Virus record (IMG/VR): IMGVR_UViG_3300043105_000059
Direction: 5' to 3' (one strand)
Origin: an uncultured virus (IMG/VR IMGVR_UViG_3300043105_000059)
Lineage: Duplodnaviria; Heunggongvirae; Uroviricota; Caudoviricetes
DNA: 64,000 nt
In this document: piece after piece, positions 58,670-64,000 of the stretch
Layout: the number at the start of each line of letters is the position of its first letter
Position numbering within the stretch: the first letter of the stretch is position 1
Program-made: the position numbers and the translations under genes
Notes under the pieces: model-generated
Told to the model about the DNA's origin: nothing
The model's database searches: none
What the model saw: only the letters and a program-made list of their open reading frames with translations

Positions 58670-58920
58670 TTATTACGATAATAATTAATTATATCATAAA
58701 TCAATTGTTCTGGATCATTAGCAACATATACTGTTGTATACATTCTACTTATATCACAAGCTAACCCAGATAAAGGAGCATAATTCTCTTCGTAATCATC
58801 AACATGATCTTCAAAGAAATCATCGTCTACAAAATAAGGCTCGCGTGTACTCTCAAGTACTTCACCTATATTTGGAGTTTGTGTATATTGTACACTACCT
58901 AAACTTTTAAAATTAATCAT
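58663..58920 (-). CDS. Hypothetical protein ending in a TAG stop
   Basis: The TAG stop overlaps the start region of the next gene. Confidence 0.6.
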   Translation of the reverse strand: MINFKSLGSVQYTQTPNIGEVLESTREPYFVDDDFFEDHVDDYEENYAPLSGLACDISRMYTTVYVANDPEQLIYDIINYYRNKC

Positions 58921-59198
58921 AGAAAACCAACATTTAAATTAGAAATTTCTGTAGTTTTAGACACCTCATGATTATTTCTGTAATAATCAATCACATCTCT
59001 TAATGGATTGTAATAATCACTAATATACAGTAATGAATAATGTTGTGCATCACCTGCCCAAAAAATACCACTTTGCCATTCCTCACCTTTTTCCTGTTCA
59101 AAAATATCTACGTTACCATATATATGATTTCTAATCCACTTTTTATTCACAGCAAACATGGTTATAGCTCCTTTAATATTTCTGGAGTTATTTTCCAT
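58917..59198 (-). CDS. Hypothetical protein
   Basis: ORF in operon. Confidence 0.6.
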   Translation of the reverse strand: MENNSRNIKGAITMFAVNKKWIRNHIYGNVDIFEQEKGEEWQSGIFWAGDAQHYSLLYISDYYNPLRDVIDYYRNNHEVSKTTEISNLNVGFL

Positions 59199-59246
59199 TT
59201 AGGTTTTACTTTTTGCAACTCTTTACAGAATTGTTCTTCAAGTTCT

Positions 59247-59639
59247 TCACAAGTCATTTTGCACTTCGATTGAGGCTTTAGCCCATTCATCTAAGTCAAT
59301 ATGCAAACAATTATCCAATTTAAAGTAATATTTAGAATTCTGAGTAGTAAAATACTCAGAATTCCAATTAATAGACTCTATATTAGAAGTTCTATACCAC
59401 TCACTTCCAGCATCTATGTAAAGAGATACACCTTCGGCAAAGATAGCACACCAACCTTCAAACCTAAAACCATCATCTTTCCATATAATTATATAACCAC
59501 AAGAGCTATGCTGAATATTATAGATTTGTTCTGTAGACAAACCCTTTTCAGCTAATTCAATGGAATTACAATGCCATAGATTATTAAGAGGTATTAAATT
59601 AGATATTGCTATTAAATCCGTAAATTTAAGTTCTCGCAT
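59247..59639 (-). CDS. Hypothetical protein
   Basis: ORF with WYRTS and FTTQNSKY motifs. Confidence 0.65.
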   Translation of the reverse strand: MRELKFTDLIAISNLIPLNNLWHCNSIELAEKGLSTEQIYNIQHSSCGYIIIWKDDGFRFEGWCAIFAEGVSLYIDAGSEWYRTSNIESINWNSEYFTTQNSKYYFKLDNCLHIDLDEWAKASIEVQNDL

Positions 59640-59913
59640 CCTTTAAGTAATTAATTAAATCTTCTATAGGGTCTTCACAAGCTTCTTTGTAAAAGAGTTT
59701 ATTTAAGTCACCATTCTTCATAACTATAATAAATGGATTTAATCTAGCCCCATACTCACTTTTTAATTTATAAGCACTAGTTTTATCCGAGTGATATTCC
59801 GTATTTAAAATAGTGAAATAAATAGACTCTTTCTCTTTATTTACAGGTATGATAGCATCTGTAAACTTTTTTGATTCTTTAGAATTATTGACTACTATAG
59901 TTATGTTTAACAT
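59626..59913 (-). CDS. Hypothetical protein, possibly thioredoxin/glutaredoxin-like fold lacking CxxC
   Basis: Size and the YGARLNPFIIV segment resemble the cis-Pro region of the Trx fold; this is weak. Confidence 0.45.
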   Translation of the reverse strand: MLNITIVVNNSKESKKFTDAIIPVNKEKESIYFTILNTEYHSDKTSAYKLKSEYGARLNPFIIVMKNGDLNKLFYKEACEDPIEDLINYLKDART

Positions 59914-59914
59914 T

Positions 59915-60346
59915 TTAGTCCAAGGGTGTTAAGTAGAAATGATTATAATCTATATTTAAATGATAAGCACCATTAAGAACATGATCCAGCTCAAAATCAC
60001 TAAAATAACTAACCCAATCCACCTTAATATAAGGTCTTAAATTAGCAGGTTCTATAACCATAGAGTCTTCATACTCTTCCTTAAGTTGCTGAATACAATT
60101 AAATACTAATTTATCAGCATCTTTACTATCAAGAACTTGAAAGCTTCTAGTTAAGTGCCCATCATTTATAGTTACCATATTAGGAAGAATTTCCTCTGTA
60201 ACTTTTAATGCGTCGAGATTTTCAGTATCAGCATCTATAAATAACAAAGCAGCTACAACTTTATAAGGTTTTTCAAATTCCTGCTTTTTAGCAAATTCCA
60301 TGTAAACTTTAGCTGCTGCCTCATCAACAAAATAGTCTGTAATCAT
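59915..60346 (-). CDS. Hypothetical protein
   Basis: ORF in operon, weakly similar to the adjacent upstream gene. Confidence 0.65.
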   Translation of the reverse strand: MITDYFVDEAAAKVYMEFAKKQEFEKPYKVVAALLFIDADTENLDALKVTEEILPNMVTINDGHLTRSFQVLDSKDADKLVFNCIQQLKEEYEDSMVIEPANLRPYIKVDWVSYFSDFELDHVLNGAYHLNIDYNHFYLTPLD

Positions 60347-60783
60347 TTTTGTTTATACTTAGAATCGTTATCAACATTTAAAATATACATAGTTTCATAA
60401 GTTTCATGAAGCATAACTGCATCATCGCAAAAATCATAAATATCAGGAGAGTTTCTATCCCAGTAATAATCCCAGTCAATATATTCTCTTATTTCTGCAG
60501 GGGTTTTCTCCATTATAGATTCTACAAATTCTTCCTGATATGCAGTTATTTTTTCATCTAGTGCCTCTTCATTAAATACTCTGTAAATATGATCACCATA
60601 TTCAATATCTTTAGAATTTATATTTAACTCACGAATTTCAAATTTATCATTTTCTTCTAAATCTAAATCGTAAGTTAAAATTAAAGCAGCGACACATTTA
60701 TCATAACCGTGTTCATCACACCAATCTAGAATCTCTGTTTCATGCTTTTTCTCTGCTTCTAAATCAATAAGTTCATCAATCAT
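60343..60783 (-). CDS. Hypothetical acidic protein
   Basis: ATGA-coupled ORF containing EYIDWDYY. Confidence 0.65.
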   Translation of the reverse strand: MIDELIDLEAEKKHETEILDWCDEHGYDKCVAALILTYDLDLEENDKFEIRELNINSKDIEYGDHIYRVFNEEALDEKITAYQEEFVESIMEKTPAEIREYIDWDYYWDRNSPDIYDFCDDAVMLHETYETMYILNVDNDSKYKQK

Positions 60784-61100
60784 AAGCTAAGTATTATATT
60801 GTTTAAATATTCTCTAGTTCCTTTGACGCAAGCTTCTTTTAAATCTTCAATTAAATTTATTATATGTGAAGCTTCATCTTCACTCATTTGAATATCTATA
60901 GGTTGTAGATGCTCTGGTTCAATTTTTAGATTCCATTTATCTAGTGTTGTAGAAAGCATTCGTAAAACTATTTTTATTTTAATGGGATAATTGAATCGAA
61001 CTTCTTTAACACCTAGAGTTGGAACTTCTGTAACACTTGTCCAATATTTAGTTGGATTCTTAGTAAGCTTTTTAATAATAGTTTCTACTGTCTGCAACAT
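60780..61100 (-). CDS. Hypothetical protein
   Basis: ORF in operon. Confidence 0.65.
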   Translation of the reverse strand: MLQTVETIIKKLTKNPTKYWTSVTEVPTLGVKEVRFNYPIKIKIVLRMLSTTLDKWNLKIEPEHLQPIDIQMSEDEASHIINLIEDLKEACVKGTREYLNNIILSL

Positions 61101-61102
61101 AC

Positions 61103-62482
61103 CTATTGATAAATTAAAACATTCTTTTTAGTTCTAGATAAAGCTACATATTGAAGTTGCCTTCTTACAGCTTCATCATTACAACTATTTATATTACGAA
61201 TATCTACAAATACACTATCAAAGGTACTACCTTGGGATTTATGTGTACTTATAGCATAACTATAGTCAAAAGATTTCTTTCGGATTAATCTACCATCCAC
61301 GTATAAATCAATTGGTGTAGTAAAGCTTCCCATCATTTCAAAATATTTTTTCCAATAATAGTTAGCTTTTTGCCTTTCACCTAGTTGTTTTAGTTGAATT
61401 GCTTGTTGTCTGTAACCTTCAATTTTTAAAGATAAAGACTCAAGATAATCTTTAGAAATATCTTTAGATAAAATAGATATATTTTCACTACTTTTTGTTA
61501 ATGAATCATAAAGTTCCATACTAATCCCAGGCAAAGAGCCAAAATTTGGAATATGAATTTCTGTTTTAAAAGGTTCATTTACAATAATATAATCCATAGA
61601 ATTATAAAATTTGAACCCATTAAACTCAAGATTCTCACAACCAATAAGGAATTCACCCTTATGATACTGACAATCTTTACCAAAGAATGCTTGGTGTATC
61701 GCTTGATTGTAAGCCTTAACTCTATCATTCGTATAACATAAAATCTTAGTACTTAATATATCTCCTTTTTTCATAGCTTTCGCTAATGCAATTTTTGCTT
61801 CTTTCAAAAATTCCTTCATATCAGACGTTACAAGAAGACTTCCTTCCTCTCCGATGCAATTATCAAAGTGCTTCATTGAATGCGTTCTGAGTGTCTGTAA
61901 CACGTCAATAAAACCATTTTTATCGGACTGTCTGTATATCTTTTGAAGTTCTACACAGGGTTGTGTATGAATAACTTTTGAAAGAAAATCTTGTTTTACA
62001 GGCTGTAATTGTGCAAAATCTCCAGTAAATATAATCTGTGATTCTTGTTCTTGCACTTGTGCAATTAAACAGGAATACAAATCATTATTTATCATCGAAG
62101 ATTCATCACAAATCACAATACCACGCTTAGGAATAGATGTAACATTACCACTACATTTAAACATAAGATTACGAAAATCAAGAGCAAAAATGTCGAGATT
62201 AGGAGAAAGCGAGAGTAATTTGTGCAATGTAACTGCTTCTCTTTCTGTATATCTTTCAAGCACCAATGCCGCTTTATGAGTTGGGGCACATAGTGCGTAT
62301 TGAATACGATTGCGTTCACACCAATCAATTATATAATTTACTAATACACTTTTACCAGTACCAGCACTACCGTAGTAGAGACAGGCAGGTTCTTTATGAT
62401 CATTAATAAATTTTATGACCATATTAAGAGCCTTTTCCTGATCTTCTCCTAAGATAATGCTGGTATCATGTTTATTTATCAT
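61103..62482 (-). CDS. Dda/RecD-like superfamily 1B DNA helicase, ending in a TAG stop
   Basis: GSAGTGKS, APTHKAA, DESSMI, GDFAQLQPV, IYRQ, STHKSQGSTF and YVALSR. Confidence 0.92.
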   Translation of the reverse strand: MINKHDTSIILGEDQEKALNMVIKFINDHKEPACLYYGSAGTGKSVLVNYIIDWCERNRIQYALCAPTHKAALVLERYTEREAVTLHKLLSLSPNLDIFALDFRNLMFKCSGNVTSIPKRGIVICDESSMINNDLYSCLIAQVQEQESQIIFTGDFAQLQPVKQDFLSKVIHTQPCVELQKIYRQSDKNGFIDVLQTLRTHSMKHFDNCIGEEGSLLVTSDMKEFLKEAKIALAKAMKKGDILSTKILCYTNDRVKAYNQAIHQAFFGKDCQYHKGEFLIGCENLEFNGFKFYNSMDYIIVNEPFKTEIHIPNFGSLPGISMELYDSLTKSSENISILSKDISKDYLESLSLKIEGYRQQAIQLKQLGERQKANYYWKKYFEMMGSFTTPIDLYVDGRLIRKKSFDYSYAISTHKSQGSTFDSVFVDIRNINSCNDEAVRRQLQYVALSRTKKNVLIYQ

Positions 62483-62817
62483 TTCTTAAATATTGCCGTA
62501 ATTACGTATTTACCTGATTTAAAAGCCTCAGGGTATCTACCTTCAATTACTTTAGCAGCTTCATCCTTAGAGGCTGCTTCGCACCATTCACTAAAATCAT
62601 CCTCAACTTCATGAGTTTCTAAGTTAACAGAATTGACATACACTGTAAACTTAATATTACTCATACTAAGCTTAGTAGCATCAAACTCTTTTCTCGGAAC
62701 TTCTTTCTTTTCAGGAATAATATCAGTTTTCTTTAAATAGTATTTCTTACCATTTAAGACATAGTACTTACCACCTTTAGGGCCTGTAAGAATTTCTACA
62801 TTTTCTGGAATTTTCAT
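62479..62817 (-). CDS. Protein with N-terminal GPKGGKYY basic module
   Basis: TGPKGGKYYVLNGKKYYL. Confidence 0.7.
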   Translation of the reverse strand: MKIPENVEILTGPKGGKYYVLNGKKYYLKKTDIIPEKKEVPRKEFDATKLSMSNIKFTVYVNSVNLETHEVEDDFSEWCEAASKDEAAKVIEGRYPEAFKSGKYVITAIFKK

Positions 62818-63320
62818 TATACTTTACTTTTAAAATCCGTACAAATAACTCCCCACTTAACATTTGAGCAGGAGTTCATTATGATAGTAAGTTTATCACA
62901 ATCAATACCATCACATCTTTCTAAATAGGGATACTTAGTTTTAATATAAGCATCTAGATTATTTACATTTAGAGTAAATGAATCCTTTTCGTAATCGTAA
63001 CTAATCAGTTTATAAGCTTCGATTATTACTTTATTTAATTTTACAATATCAGAAGGTAACTCTTCTCCTTTACACAGATACAAATAATCAATGGCTGTTG
63101 GAATAAACAATTCTCCGATAAACTTTGTGTAATATGAGTCTAATAATGCGGGTCTGGAAGGGAAATTTCCAAATAAATTATAATTATTGTCTATTAACTC
63201 TATTTCATTACCAGATAATCTCCTAACAAAATCCTTTATATACACATAATTATCGTAACCCAAGTAGTGCCCTATCAGATTATCTAATATATCAACATGA
63301 TTCATCATTGTATTAACCAT
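62817..63320 (-). CDS. Hypothetical protein
   Basis: ORF in operon. Confidence 0.65.
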   Translation of the reverse strand: MVNTMMNHVDILDNLIGHYLGYDNYVYIKDFVRRLSGNEIELIDNNYNLFGNFPSRPALLDSYYTKFIGELFIPTAIDYLYLCKGEELPSDIVKLNKVIIEAYKLISYDYEKDSFTLNVNNLDAYIKTKYPYLERCDGIDCDKLTIIMNSCSNVKWGVICTDFKSKV

Positions 63321-63760
63321 TTAAATGTACTATTTGCATTCAGATGATAAGATAACTTATACATATCTACATTAGAAGTATCTACTTTATAAGAAAGATT
63401 ACATTCAGTATAAAGTTCATTTATATAAGATAGTAGATCCTCTAAATTAAATAAATACACATTAGTATCTTCTCTCCGTACAAATACACTATTAGGTAAA
63501 GAATCTATGAAAGCACCTTCTAGTTCACCATAAACAACAAAAGAGTTTGATGGTTCATACATAAAATCAAAGAATAATTTTACAAGTTCATAATTTACTT
63601 GTTCGTTAAGCTTGATTCTAAAAGTATCCAAAGTATCTGCATCTATTTTTACGTAATCCAGAAGATTTAATTCATCCTTGGACAACGAATCATAGAAGTA
63701 AGCAATGTCTGAATAATCCTCAATAAAGTAATCCAGAAATTGATCCTTAGTTAGTTGCAT
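63305..63760 (-). CDS. Hypothetical acidic protein
   Basis: ORF in operon. Confidence 0.65.
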   Translation of the reverse strand: MQLTKDQFLDYFIEDYSDIAYFYDSLSKDELNLLDYVKIDADTLDTFRIKLNEQVNYELVKLFFDFMYEPSNSFVVYGELEGAFIDSLPNSVFVRREDTNVYLFNLEDLLSYINELYTECNLSYKVDTSNVDMYKLSYHLNANSTFKWLIQ

Positions 63761-63917
63761 TTTTCAAAACGTGTTTAGCTTGAAACTTAGATTCTGGAGT
63801 AGCTTTCTTAGCTACTTTTGCCTTAGCTTCTTTACCTTTTACATAATGTTTCTTACCATTCTCATCCAACCAGTAATAACCACCTCTTGGGCCTTTAATC
63901 ATTTTGTGAGTAATCAT
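63747..63917 (-). CDS. Small basic protein, 56 aa, with GPRGGYYW module (not in ORF track)
   Basis: MITHKMIKGPRGGYYWLDENGKKHYVKGKEAKAKVAKK...NATN*. Confidence 0.7.
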   Translation of the reverse strand: MITHKMIKGPRGGYYWLDENGKKHYVKGKEAKAKVAKKATPESKFQAKHVLKNATN

Positions 63918-63923
63918 AATATT

Positions 63924-64000
63924 TTAACATTTAAATTCAACAATTTCTCCACTTTCTAAAGTTGCAGGTACATCTATCAGCCTTTGATTACTTGAACCTC
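63924..64000 (-). CDS. nrdG: C-terminal fragment of anaerobic ribonucleotide reductase activating enzyme (truncated by the window edge)
   Basis: GSSNQRLIDVPATLESGEIVEFKC* matches the NrdG C-terminal RGSxNQR signature. Only 24 codons are visible. Confidence 0.7.
   Translation of the reverse strand, partial: GSSNQRLIDVPATLESGEIVEFKC

Noticed and set aside
42891..63959. Plus-strand ORFs within the - arm (e.g. 42891, 45457, 49451, 52292, 59301, 63771)
   Set aside because: They are antisense to well-supported genes.
1..64000. Suppressor tRNA (CUA anticodon) or other tRNA genes
   Set aside because: Intergenic gaps are short and I saw no cloverleaf or T-loop signature. It is presumably elsewhere in the genome; tRNAscan-SE or ARAGORN would settle this.

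Overview
This AT-rich 64 kb window is part of a crAss-like (Crassvirales) phage genome, probably infecting Bacteroidota. It has two converging arms that use different genetic codes. The + arm (1-42567) looks fragmented in the supplied ORF track only because TAG is read as Gln (code 15). Re-read that way it is 11 abutting genes, all ending in TAA/TGA: tail/muzzle-type and small cargo genes, a DUF192 protein, and very large virion proteins. The large proteins are a 3288-aa protein with an SF1 helicase domain, a 3921-aa virion RNA polymerase (DYDID), a zincin protease and a 1655-aa protein with a PD-(D/E)xK nuclease domain. The - arm (42629-64000) is in the standard code, with three real TAG stops. 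It encodes dNMP kinase, ThyX, family A DNA polymerase, a sigma-70 factor, RNA ligase, DNA ligase, a dUTPase split by a complete group I intron with an HNH gene, a Dda/RecD-like helicase, the end of nrdG and many small proteins. The most novel-looking signal is a matched pattern of terminal cysteines at all three junctions between the four last + arm proteins, suggesting a head-to-tail disulfide-linked or metal-bridged ejection chain. Also notable are a recurring F/K-x-x-GG peptide motif across the upstream cargo proteins and a TAG-free mini transcription unit inside the recoded arm. Gene boundaries were read by hand; continuity of the long recoded frames was spot-checked, not computed.
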